This document shows, piece after piece, positions 10,608-22,774 of a stretch of 64,000 bases of DNA; positions within the stretch are counted from its first letter, which is position 1, and each line of letters opens with the position of its first letter. The position numbers and the translations under genes were made by a program. Below the pieces are notes generated by a model that saw nothing but the letters and a program-made list of their open reading frames with translations, was not told the origin of the DNA and made no database searches. Source of the DNA: Octopus vulgaris (taxonomy: Eukaryota). The stretch covers positions 125,364,001 through 125,428,000 of the forward strand of contig OX597815.1 of the NCBI GenBank assembly GCA_951406725.2, written 5' to 3'.

Positions 10608-11321
10608 ATGGAGAATAGACAAAGTTACACAGCAGCGACGACACAAGGAATAAATACCAGCACCCTGGAATTGCAAGAAATAGAAATGGACACAAGAAAG
10701 AGGAAGGAAGGAAGAAAATTTGTAAAAAAGGAGGGAACTGGTCTAAAGCTGACTCACCCAGAAGAACTGATGAAAAGCATAGAAAAGAGGACGGTAGTAT
10801 ACAGAACGTTATCTACGTCCTCAAACAAAATAGAGGTAGCCCCAACAGAAGAAATAGAGGAATGCCGAGAAAATGTTAAAAAATTGACCACATTCTACAC
10901 ACGCGGAAAGAAGTATGGCTCAGTGGAAGTAAGATTTGACAACGAAGAAGATGCCATAAACCACGCCACGGAGCCGTTACGGACAAAGAAATGGATACTA
11001 CTTCCAACGTACTGTGGCAAACGTGCAGCCAGAGTGAGAGTTGGAAGAGTACCCACCGAAATCGAGGAAGAATGGCTGGTAGCATCCATTATGAATGATA
11101 TGAAGGATGGAGTAGAGATCCTCAAGATGAAGAGGACCCCAAAGTCCAATTGGTGGGGATATAGCCTCAAAGTGACCATGCAGGTATCTTTGGAAGACTT
11201 GCATAGTATAACGGAGGAGATAATACTCCCAGAAGACAGCAGACTTCGAATAACAGTAGAATGAAGACCACCAACATGCTTCCTATGCAGCAAAAAGGGG
11301 CACATGAAAGCAAGATGTCCC
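10608..11321 (+). mobile_element. LINE ORF1 (L1/Tx1-type gag-like) pseudogene with a CCHC zinc knuckle
   Basis: 218-aa ORF with RRM-like segments (YGSVEVRF, ARVRVGRVP). Reading through TGA 11262-11264 (likely GGA>TGA) gives RPPT-CFLCSKKGHMKARC-P = C-X2-C-X4-H-X4-C. Truncated afterwards, with no ORF2. Confidence 0.8.
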
Positions 11322-11669
11322 TTTTTGTATCACCTAGTGGTCGGGATGTTTTGCGTTCTTGTCCCATTTTGTATTTTATATATATAGCGGCATATGTACA
11401 CTTTGTTCTCTTATATGTAAGTACACATTTTACAAAATCTTGTACAACTCTATTTCTATCAACCCTTTCATGCTTATTCGTTCATTCCACTCTTCGTTCT
11501 CTTGATCCCCCTCTCTCACATTTCTTTGCCATCTCTTCTTACTCACTTTCCCTCTACTTTTCACTTGACTGTGTCCTTGTCATTTTTTCTCGCCCCTCCT
11601 TAATTCTTCTGTCCCTCTGCCACTACTTCTCTCTCTTCTCTTCCCACGTGACCGATCGGACTTTATTAA

Positions 11670-12237
11670 GGACTTTATTAAGAAATTCAAACCCAAGCTT
11701 AACAAACAATGATTAAATTAATCTTATTTGGGGTCTAAAAATCTTATCCCTATAACCAAAACAAAAAAATCTCTAAAAAGTACTGCTATCATCATTTCTA
11801 AAAATAAAAATTGAAAAATGGTTTGGCATCATTTCTAAAAATAGCTAAACAACTACTACTGCTGCCCACAAGAACATATATAAAGTACAAAAGACAGCCA
11901 GTCAACCACAGTTGAAACACTCCTGTCACAACCTGGGACCTTGAAGACTGCTTTAATGCAAGAAAGTATACTAGTCCCTTAATATTTTATATTCAATATT
12001 TCATCTATTCAATAAGACAATCAATACTTCATTTCATTTTACTAAATATATTATTTATACTATATATTCTATATTCTACATTAACATTATAAAGATTATA
12101 AATAAAACATAAAAAACAGAGTTGGAATTTCTTTGAATAATATATATCCCTCAATACACAATCATACAAACTCCTCTATATATATATATATATATATATT
12201 TTACCCGGAAACGGATATGTCACATTCAATTAAATAG
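11670..12237 (+). mobile_element. Penelope-like element 3' end
   Basis: Reads DFIKKFKPKLNKQ*, resembling the GIY-YIG C-terminus of PLEs, and ends with CCCGGAAAC-GGATAT-GTC-ACA, a hammerhead 3' half. Confidence 0.5.
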
Positions 12238-12269
12238 TAAATAATATGTAATATATATATATGTATATA

Positions 12270-12740
12270 TACATGATTATATGGGTACAGGATGTCACCA
12301 ACGGTGCAAATAACATGAAATATACAAACAAATGAAAGAAAAATGAGTGAAAGATGTAAACAATGAGAAAAAATGGAAAACAGGACAATTTAACGCAGAG
12401 AAAGGACTCTTCATCAGGTGTCAGCTGTCTATCTATTCCTCATTTCAAGATTCAACAACAAATGAGTCTTCAAAGACAGTTGCTCCCATAAATTCTAAAA
12501 TAAAATTTAGGATTTATGGAGGGTCAAAGTAGGGATGAGTCTTCAACAACAGTTGCTCCCTGCTCAAAATGAGAAGTAGATAGACAGCCAACAACTGATA
12601 AAGGGTCCTTTCTCTGTGTCAACTTGTCTTGTTTTCCATTTTTTTCTCGTTTACGTGTTTCACTCATTTTTACCTTGTTTGTTTGTGCACTTCATGTTAT
12701 TTGGACCATTGGTGACATCCTGTACTCATATATGCATGTA
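12270..12740. repeat. Imperfect fold-back element (~175-bp arms) with an inner hairpin and direct repeat
   Basis: 12270-12447 is inverted relative to 12565-12740. The spacer holds hairpin CCATAAATTCTAAA/TTTAGGATTTATGG (12486-12519) and duplicated ATGAGTCTTCAA..ACAGTTGCTCCC. Confidence 0.8.
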
Positions 12741-12855
12741 CATGTATGTGTGTGTATATATATATATATCTTCCCTTCTTCCCTGAGCATCCAATAATAC
12801 TTTATTTGTTCCACATCCTTGCGTTGTTGTCTTTTTGTTTTCTTGTTTGGATTAA

Positions 12856-12907
<52 letters not shown>

Positions 12908-13302
12908 AAGTAAAATTACATTTAATTCATTAATAGCGAAACAATTGTCCCAAAATAATCTGTATTTTTGTTATTTTTTATTTGCCCTGTCCGTGTGAGC
13001 TAACAATCGTACTGACTTTCATGGGAAACATGTATTTTCGTGGTTGAAACCTTTTGGATTAACTGGTGCTAAAGTGAGCCATATAGTGACCACTCTCTTA
13101 TATTTATTTTGTAAAAATATTATAATATGTTATAAAATATTATAATAATCCAGGTTTCTCGGAGCACTAGGCCACTTGGTGTTGAATAGATATACTATTA
13201 AATTAGTATCTAATTCTCTCACCCTTATTAATTAATTATATATATATATATATATATATTTATATACATGCTTAACTATTGCTTAACTATTTTCTCACAC
13301 TA

Positions 13303-13349
13303 TCTCCGATGAAGGGATATATAAAATTATCCCGGAAACAGCTGTAAGA
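13303..13349 (+). ncRNA. Minimal type I hammerhead-like motif, CCGAUGA core variant
   Basis: TCT-CCGATGA-A-GGGATA tataaaat TATCCC-G-GAAAC-AGCT-GTA-AGA. It has a 6-bp helix II, a palindromic AGCT loop, a GUA triplet and a 3-bp helix I. Confidence 0.6.
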
Positions 13350-14434
13350 CCTTCTCTTTATAAATGTTCTGAAATGTTTCACAGCTTTGGATTTTTATCT
13401 CATTCTGTTAATTTTGATGTGTGTGTGTGAACATACATATGCATGCATATATATCACTGGGTGACTCCTGAAAGCTGGAAATGGAAAACTCTGAGTAATG
13501 ACTCATATAGACTCATCTCAGAATGAATGAACATATGGCTGGATAAACAGATAGACAGAAGGATAAAGAGATGAATGTAAGGAAGAGAGGAAATTATAGT
13601 ACACTATCTCTATTCCTATAAGACAAAAATTGTGACAAGTAGTATGTAACATACACAGCACTATTTGACATTTAGGCTTGCCTTGAGAGAATTTTTTGTC
13701 ATTAGCTTGCAACATTTTAAAAATGACAGTCTTTCAGTATCTGTCATCTCTTTGTTGGAGAGTCAAACATTTTTCATCTCAACTTGTATCTAAAGTGCCT
13801 TTTCTTTCACATTCCTTCACATGAAATATATCAACATCATCATCATCATTCTTGTAAATATTTATTTATTCATTTTGTCATATTCATATGTAATGAATGG
13901 ATCTGCAATACAACACCTCTTCCATACATTACAATCATGCATTACATCATTACAATCTGTGATGTTTAATCATGAAAGGGTTCAATTACACACCATCATC
14001 CCTTTGGTTTGTTCTATGTGTACTTTCTATTTTGTAACTCATGACACATTTCTATTCAGGTAATGTTATCCCTTTCACCCTACATGTTCATACCTGCATG
14101 GTCAACTGATTTGTATGTTTGAAGCAGTAACCTTCATAACCAACCAATCAGTTTCTCAAATCGCTTGTGGTTTCAAGTCTAGACAGCACATTGATTAAAA
14201 CATATGCTATTACAAATCTGTATTTATTGCATACATTTCACAGACATAAAACATTAAATTTCTGACTCACACATTACATGAACTATCCAGAATGGCCACA
14301 GTCCAATGACTGAAACAAGTAAAAGCATAAAAGAAGGAAAAACAATAAAACAATTAAATAAATGCAGAAATTACTTAACTTTCCTAACTTAATGGAAATA
14401 ACCCAAGAGATAAAGCCATCAATATATATCTTAC

Positions 14435-14539
14435 CTCAACTCCTGGCCTCTGCTCTAACACTTCATATAGAGAAGTAACCAGTTCATCATTGTGACGCAG
14501 AGTATTTGCATATGTGTGGATTTCAGATTCGGATAATGC
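14435..14539 (-). CDS. FAM126A: Hyccin (FAM126/HYCC family) second coding exon: ALSESEIHTYANTLRHNDELVTSLYEVLEQRPGVE
   Basis: 105-nt phase 0-0 exon bounded by tttctatatttcag| and |gtaag. It resembles human hyccin [34 protein letters not shown] (recalled from memory). Confidence 0.88.
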
Positions 14540-14759
14540 CTGAAATATAGAAACCAAAAATTATATATTTAAATGGTGTTTAAATGTTGTTTCCAATATA
14601 TAACATACATATACATATTATACAAATTATTACAGATTCACAATTAAAAACCTGCACTAATGTATTACATAGTTGAGAACTTGGCATTTTGTAATCACAG
14701 ATAACCATAACAGAAATGAGCACCATCAAATGTGTTGTGGATTTGGGCTGTATTTAAGA

Positions 14760-15050
14760 GACAATATGGACATGGAGCTTCAGCCAGTAAGGAAGTAAGG
14801 AACAAAGGTATAAAGTCTTCTAAGTAGGTTAATAGGAATGGGAAGGGTGGATCTGGTGTATTGTTGACAGAGAAATGGATAAATAATATAATTAAGGTAA
14901 TCAGGGTATACAATAGAATAATGAAGCTTGAGTTAGTCATAGACAAAACAACAGTAATAGTTATTTCTACATATGCACCACAGTGAGGGTAGGTAGACAA
15001 ACAGAATGACCACTTTTACAAGAACCTTCTTTAGACTACTCCATGACAAT
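14760..15050 (+). mobile_element. Decayed RTE AP-endonuclease fragment
   Basis: Translates as GKGGSGVLLTEKWI..RIMKLELVI..VISTYAPQ*G. Confidence 0.6.
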
Positions 15051-16118
15051 TGACAGTATTTACATATATCACATTCCCTTACATTCCACCTTTTCTATTA
15101 CTCTTCTCCCTCTATTCTTTCTTTTCTCATTGCACCACTTATGCTGCTTTTCTATGCAATATCCCTACCAATAAACCACATATAGCTTCCTGGTACTGTC
15201 ATTCACTCTCCCAATACTATCTCTTCTACCTCTTTCTCACACCAATTACCTTAGTTCTCTCATCATACTCATACTTTTCTTTTTCTTTCACCCTGTGTTC
15301 ATTAATATAGTCTAAGGTTACAGACTAGTAAACAGATTTTTAGATGTAGCAAAACTGTCATGCATATTTCTGGCCAAGATTAATGTTAGAAGAATTACCA
15401 GGAAGGGATTATTTCCTGCAGACAACTTTAAGTACAACTCTCTTTAATTCAGTAATGCAAATTCATGGTATATACTCCTTTATGTTATTTTCCAAACTTC
15501 TTTAAGTTATTTTAATTATGAAAATTATCGTTGGTCGAAAATATAAGTATTTTCTATGATATAAAAATCTTATTTACAGGGCAGTGGACTTAGTTCAACA
15601 GTATTCATGATATCAAATAGCCTGAAACACATATTCAAAGTTGACTGTTGTCTACAAACAAAGATCAGACTGTCCTTTCCCTGAGTATGTGAGAAATTTA
15701 TTCTTGTGCCTCACAAGCAGGTGGTGTGTCATGCTAATTATATGCAAATCAATTCTCACAAGTAACAATAAAATGCACATACTGTGCCATATCAAATGTG
15801 GAGAAGTCTCTACTTTCAAATGTGGAGAAGTACTCTACTTTCAAAAAGCTTATGTCTCAAGTGCACATGCACAAAACCGAGTGTGTTCAGTCCTCATGCA
15901 GTAAGGATTAATTTTTAGAAAATATCCTCCCTTTCTCTTACAGAGCTGTCAAGAACTGCTGCTAGGTTTTTGCTTTTTGTCTTCATCTCAAGGAAGTTTC
16001 AGTAAATTAAGAATTTATTTGCATACATAAAGTATTTGGAAAATCACCTGCTAATTTTAATTATCCAACTTCATACTAACTAACACTTTTAGAAGGCCAG
16101 TAATATGAATTAGGATAA

Positions 16119-16250
16119 TCTATATATATAAAAATGAGAATGTGTGTCTGTCTGTGTGTGTGTCTGTGTGAATCCTTAAAACTCGAGAACTACACAACCA
16201 ATTTCATTCAACCTTTACACATGCCTTACTCAGGGTTCACGTAGTGTCAT
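16119..16250 (+). mobile_element. Helitron-like 5' end fragment
   Basis: A|TCTATATATATAAAAATG..(TGTC)n..AACTACACAACCAATTTCA; no CTAG 3' end was found. Confidence 0.5.
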
Positions 16251-16799
16251 ATTTGGAACTTAGATTCAATGCATAAGGGTGGGTATAATGCAGAAATTGA
16301 GCAGAAGCCTGTTAAAGAGATAAATATGAGCATACATGCTGGGGGTGTTGTACATCCCTTGAAAAAAATTCAGTGTTTGAGTCAAAATTGTTGTGTGACT
16401 ACATGATTTAACAAGTGGTTCAACAAGTACCAGATTGAAACAAGAATACAACAGGTGAGAGTTTTGTTTGCTAAAACTCCTTTGAAAACTATTTTCCGCT
16501 ATGGTCACACTCTAATGATTAAAACCAGTAAAAGTATCTTTTTTATTTTTTTACTTGTTTCGGCCACTGGACTACAACCATGCTTGTGGCACCATCTTGA
16601 AGGATGTAGTTAAACAAATGAATCTCAGTACTTGTTTTTTTTTTTAAGTCTAGTACTTATGCTACTGGTCTCTTTTACCATACTGCTAAGTAACAGGGTC
16701 ATAAACAAACCAACAGCAACTGTCAAGTGGTGGGATGGGGCACCATGGCACCTTAGGTAAGTGTTTGCTGAGATAATAAATCAAATGAAAGTTAAAGGG

Positions 16800-17880
16800 A
16801 AAATGAAAGAATATCTGTGACAAGATGGTATGAGATGAAATGAAGGAGAGAAACAGACAGAAATAGAGGAGAGACAATGATAACTTTTAGTTAACATCAG
16901 AGAAGAGTGGGTGATAGATGAGATGTAAATGACAGGAGAATTAGGAGGGGAATAAGAGTAGGATGTGTGACATAGTGAGAGAGGAGGAGAGAATCAGAAA
17001 TAAAGAAAGGGAACTTGAGAAAGATTGTTAAGGACATAATAAAGAACAGGTGAGAACAGAAATGAAACTGGTAAGAAATGAGAATGAAAGAGACAGAGGA
17101 TGGACGAGAGAAGGAAAAAAAGGAGAAGAAAGAATTGAAGGGATGAGGAGTAGGAGGACAAAAATACGAGACAAAGAGAGAGGAGAGGAGGACGAAAGCA
17201 GAAAAGAGGGGATGGTAATGAGAGGAAGAGAGAGGACTGGAGAGAAGGGAAAGAATGAGAACGGAAGAAGAGAATGAGAAAGAGAGAAGAAGGAACAGAG
17301 AGTGGGAAGGTAAGAGAGAGTATAAAACAGAGAGAGACTGGGAGAGGAAGAGAGAATGAGAGAGGAAGAAGGAGAATGATAGAGGAAAGGGGTGAATGAA
17401 ATGATGATGAAAATGAGAGATAAAAGGGGAATCTGAAAGAGGAAGAGAGATAATAAAAGAGTAGAAGAAAATGTTACAGAGGAAGAAGGATGAAAATAAG
17501 GAAGAGGGAATATGGGAAGAGGGAAGTGTGAATAAAAATGAATGAGAGGAGGAGAGAGAGGAGGGAGAAGGCAGAGATGGGGAGAAGGAGAGAATGATAC
17601 TGAGAAAAATTAAAAGAGGAATGATGTAAGGAGGAAAATGAGAGGTGAAGAAGACAACGAGAAAATGAGTAACAGAGGGGAAGAAAGAATGTAAAAAGAG
17701 AGAGTGAAAGAGCAAGGGGGGAGAGAGAGAACTATGAGAGATAGAACGGGAATGACAAAGTGCAAAAGAGAGACGATGAAAAGAAAAAGAGACCAAGAAA
17801 GTAGGAAAGAAAGAGAAGCATATAAAGAGAGAAACAGGAAGAGAGAGAGAAAGGGGGGAGAAAGGAGGAGGCTAGGAGGA
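16800..17880 (+). repeat. ~1 kb purine-rich (GA) low-complexity tract
   Basis: Almost entirely A/G on the + strand; it gives rise to spurious S/L/F-rich and R/E-rich ORFs. Confidence 0.85.
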
Positions 17881-18812
17881 ATGGTGGTAGTCAGACGTTC
17901 TTTGAAACAACTTGGCTGGTTGGTTTGCAGCTCATCAATCAATGACCTCCCTTTGATTTATTTGCTCAGCACATGTAAAGAGAATAACATCACATAACAA
18001 CACCACCACCACCATCAGGAAAATAAGCAAGGCAAGACTAATATACAATTAATGGGAGGAGGAGGTAGGGGAGGAGAAAGAATAGGAGGTGTAGGAGGAG
18101 AAGATGCAGGGGGAGGAAGGAGTGACAAGGAGTGGAAAAGAGAGCTGAGATGGGGCAGTCGTTAGACGGGTGGAATTTGAACCAAACTAAACCAAACCGA
18201 ACCGAACCGAAAGAGGCCAAGTCTAATACGGAAATAATCCAGCAGCACCATTGCTATTCTATCCTATTATGAATGATCAGCACCTGCTTCAACTGGCATT
18301 CAACTGGTGGGCACAATTTATCTCATGGTTACCTTACTCCACTTACTTGGACAAGACAAAGTGATGATCAAGAGCTAAGTCTATATGCACACACACACTC
18401 ATTAAGTTTAAAGTGATATAGAATAAAATTGAACGGAAAAAAAAATTAAAAAATAAAATTTATATATCATATACCAACCTCAGACATCTTCCTTTCCACT
18501 TATATGAACATAACTATGCAAACACATGTATTATATATATATATATAGACATAAGCATAGGAATCATATGTAATTTAAAATAAAAAACGAGATAAATATA
18601 TAAATTATTATTTTTTTTTTTTAGCCAGCTGTTCTAGAAGTTGCCGTCATCATCAATTAAACAGTCGAAAGCAGGATAAGCAATACTAGAAGGCAATGAT
18701 TTGCAATTACAGTACACACCATCACGTCACTGATATTGATTTCAGATTAGGGAAATAAAGGCTAAAAAAAATGCTAAAAGATAGAGAAAAATATCCCCAC
18801 ACACCAAGATAT

Positions 18813-18874
<62 letters not shown>

Positions 18875-19809
18875 AGTTATAGCAGTAGTAATACTAGTAC
18901 TTGCTCTGTGGAGGTGGTAGTGGTGTTGGTAACAAGTGGTTGAAGGTTGATGATTATTTTAATATTTGCTGATAATTATAACCCAAACGCTGTATTTGGA
19001 AATAACAATTCATTTCAACCAGGCATAAAGCCAATTTTCCATTTTTTGTTATTGTTCTGAGGGTTCCTCTTTTTATTATTATTATTATTATTTATTTTTT
19101 TTGGTACTGAATAAAAGGTGTATTAGTTGATTGAATTGTGTGCACACACCATTACCACTATATTACTGGTACTTATTTTATTGGACACCTCCACACACAT
19201 GGACAACTTCAAAGTAGATGCTATAATAATCTAACCAGCTCTCATCCTTTATACAGACTTCACCACCCACTCTGTACTAATGAGAGAGAGAGAAAGAGAG
19301 AGAGAGAGAGAAAGAGAGTATAATGTAGGACAAACAATAATACTGATATCAAAAGAATTTACTGAAGTTAATGGAACTGATTTAAAATAGAGCTGAGTGT
19401 TATTGAAGTCTATTCTGGGTACCAAGCATTGGTCAATAATATTTCCAGGACTGGTACCCAGTAAAAATTATGCTTTCCTATATTCTAGTTTGATATTTGT
19501 TGTACACAAAAACATCATAAATGTGAAAATAGCCAACCAAGTTTATATATTTTGAGTCTCAAATCTTCTGATAGCTTTTTCAATGTCTATTTATGCACGA
19601 TACTAAATTCTATGACCCTTAATTTGCCCAACCGTTGATAAGTGCAAGGGTTTTAAGAGATGATGCTTGTAACAAATTGCTATCTTACTAGGGGTAGAGC
19701 TCATTAACAAATTGCATTTTATTGAAACAAAATTAAACAAACAAAAAACAAGAAGTTGTTAGTAAACTGAGTCTCTAACTCACATTTGATTTCAGTTCAG
19801 TACTGTTTT

Positions 19810-20430
19810 CAGTGACCCCTGACTGGCTCCCATGCTGGTGGCTGTAAAAAGCACCATCTGAATGTGGTTGATGCCAGTGCCCCCTGAGTAGCTCTCATGC
19901 CAGTGGCACAGAAAAAGTAAACACAACACTCATGGACTAGTATGCGTTAGGAAGGGCATCCAGCTATAGAAACATTGCCAGATCAGATTGGAGCCTGGTG
20001 CAGCCTACTGACTTGCCATTCCTCAGGCAAACCATCCAACCCATGCCAGCATGGAAAGCAGATGCTAAACAATGATGATGATGATGTTGTTGCTGTTTTT
20101 TCAGAAAGGTTTGAAAGTCAATATGCTAGTTTCTTAACCCCTAAAACTCTAAGGATTTTGTACCTTAACAGAATCCACATTTTGTGAGTAGCTATAGCAG
20201 AGAGTCATCAAAATCAAACCTTTTTCATCGTCTTCATCATTTAATGTCCACCTTCTATGCTGACATGGGTTGAATGGTTTAACAGGGGCTGGCAAACCAG
20301 AGAACTGCAGCAGGCTCTGTTGTCTGCTTTGGCATGGTTTCAACAGGTGGATACCCTTCCTAATGCCAACCACTTTACAGTGTACTGGACTCTTTTTATG
20401 TGGCACCAGCAGGGTCACCTTATACCTTGC
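19810..20430. mobile_element. Two tail-to-tail decayed RTE 3' end fragments
   Basis: TTAGGAAGGGCATCCAGC..(GAT)n on + (19810-20085) and the inverse with (CAT)n at 20225-20430. Confidence 0.7.
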
Positions 20431-21494
20431 AAAACAAAGACCCCTCAGAGAGGGAGTGGTATCGAGGGAGATGGCTTTGTGCGAGTTGAGAGGTCAAAGT
20501 ATAACTGAGGTATAGAGATAGGTGTCTTAGTATAGAGGAGATATTTGGCTACCCTAGTAGGGACAGGATGGAGAGATAGAGTTAGCGAGAAAGAATGGAA
20601 AGACAGAGTGAGAGAGAAAGAAATAGATGATGTTGGAGATGCATCAGGATATGCCCACAAGGTACAGTGGGGAGAATATAAGTGGTACAGACGGGATGGG
20701 AGTATTTCATAAGAATGTGAGGGAAGATGTTTAGAGATGGGGAAGAGGCAACCGTAGCAAGTGATGGTGAGAGGAACTGGTAAACCTAGTGGGGAGGTGG
20801 ACTATGGTAGATAGGGTGGGGGTGCTATGGTAGATAGGGGGCAGGAGCAATGGTTGATAGCATGGAGGGGGTGCTTTGATAGATATGTGAAGTCATGGAG
20901 GGTGTGCAGGTAGGCACATGAAAGAGAGTGAATTTTGTATAGTGGTCAAACCATGGCCCCAAACCCAAATTGTCAAACAGTGAGCCACATGTATGAAACA
21001 AGTAAAAAATTTGAAGATAAAATGGAATAAAACTATCAATTTTCTTTTTTTTTTTTTTGCCCATGCAAAGACATTACAAGTGGATGGTACCATCTGTTTC
21101 AATCAATGAGATTAAACAATACAGGTTTTCTTATAATCTATGCAGATGATTTAGTTGATTAAAACAGCTGACACTTTTGAGTTGTAATATCTTCTTCAAA
21201 TTTTAACCATGGTGAAAGAAAGATCTTGACCAATGAAACCTAAAAACCCCAAAAAAAGATGAATGAACAGACCTCTGTGTGACTGTGCAACATGCTAAAA
21301 GTACCAACCAAATTCCATCAAAATAACCTCTACCATTTTAAAAACAGAAAGGAAACATTAAATAATACAATCCTGTACTTCCAAAATGATGACATAGTCA
21401 GTGTTGAAATGCATTTGATTCTTGATTTATTTGACCAGGGCTAAACAACACAGATTCTAATAATCTTTACAGGTAAAGAAAAATATTTACATAC

Positions 21495-21542
21495 CTTGTA
21501 TTCAGCCAACCATTCTTTTATTACTTTAAAAGAAGACATCAT
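21495..21542 (-). CDS. FAM126A: Hyccin (FAM126/HYCC family) first coding exon: MMSSFKVIKEWLAEYK
   Basis: Exon 21589-21495 has acceptor ttctttttcag| and donor AAG|gtatgt. VIKEWLAEYK matches human VVEEWLSEFK, and the exon splices in phase 0 to 14539. Confidence 0.86.
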
Positions 21543-21589
21543 TCCATGTACACTGGTCAGGAGTGACCAATATTAAAATTGGGAAAACA
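21543..21589 (-). other. 5' UTR part of the first coding exon of hyccin, containing uORF ATG-GAA-TGA (21547-21539)
   Basis: A polypyrimidine tract plus AG at 21591-21590 implies at least one further upstream non-coding exon. Confidence 0.65.
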
Positions 21590-21773
21590 CTGAAAAAGAA
21601 ATTTTACAAATTAATGATAAGATTACGGATTTCAGATAAAATTTATATTCACAAAAAATAAAAGCTGAAATACAAAAATTAAACTCAAACTGACACAAAT
21701 ATGTAAAATACATATGCACAGTATTATAAATGGAAAAATATTATAGAAGGGAAATAGGAGCAGTTATTTAAGT

Positions 21774-22764
21774 TTGTTTTTTCGACAAATCAAAGACGAG
21801 GTGGATACAGAGGCCTTACAAAAGGACCTGACCACCATATATAAATGGCAGGAAACAAACAACATGTTGTTCAATGATAAGAAGTTTGAACTAATTCGCT
21901 ATGGAACAGATCAAGATCTGAAAAATACAACAAACTACAGAAACCCATCAGGACAACAAATAATGGAAAAACAGTATGTGAAAGATTTAGGCATCCACAT
22001 GGGAACCAACCTAAAATTCAGAGAACACCTTGACTCAGTCTGTCTTACTGCAAGAAAGTACAGCGGGTGGATCTTGCGCACCTTCAAATCAAGAGAGACC
22101 TCAACAATGAAAACCCTCTGGAACAGTATGATACTTCCGAGGATTGACTACTGTTCTCAGTTGTGGTCACCAACAACAAAGGGCCAACTATCTAAGATAG
22201 AATCACTCCAAAGAAATTTTACCTCATACTTCTCAGAAACGAGGGACCTGGACTATTGGCAAAGACTCAAAACCTTGAGGATGTACTCAATAGAAAGAAG
22301 ATTTGAGCGATACCGAATTATATACATTTGGAAAATGATAGAGCAGAAGGTGCCAAACTTTGGTATCAAAACCTACCACTCACTGCGCCACGGAAGACGC
22401 TGCCAGCTGCCACCAATCAACAAAAAGGCTGGCCAGGCAGCAAAAACCCTGCGAGAATCAAGTCTGTTGGTTCGAGGAGCACAACTGTTCAACTCCATTC
22501 CGGTACATGTCAGAAATCTATCAGGATGCAGTGTGGAATCATTCAAATTGCAACTGGATAGATACTTAAGCACCATTAGAGATGAACCTCATCTCCCAGG
22601 ATATACACAACGAGCACAAACTGACTCAAACTCGCTCCTACACATGTCAAAATTAAGCAGAGAATACAACCTGGCAACCACACCAGACTCTGAGGGTGGA
22701 GTTTTCGACTTGGCCTGAGCATGGACTCAAACCCAAATGAAATGAAATGAAATGAAATGAAATA
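21774..22764 (+). mobile_element. Young 5'-truncated CR1/L2-group LINE with a (GAAAT)n tail
   Basis: Uninterrupted 314-aa ORF (LQKDL..W..NNMLFN..K, VKDLGI, DYCSQLWSP, YSIERRFERY), homologous to 3300-4191 but with a different tail. Confidence 0.93.
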
Positions 22765-22774
22765 TATAAAATGG

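Noticed and set aside
12405-12450. Minus-strand GAAA..CTGATGA as a possible type II hammerhead
   Set aside because: I could not build convincing helices I and III.
16897-17796. 299-aa S/L/F-rich ORF
   Set aside because: It is the translation of a polypyrimidine low-complexity tract.
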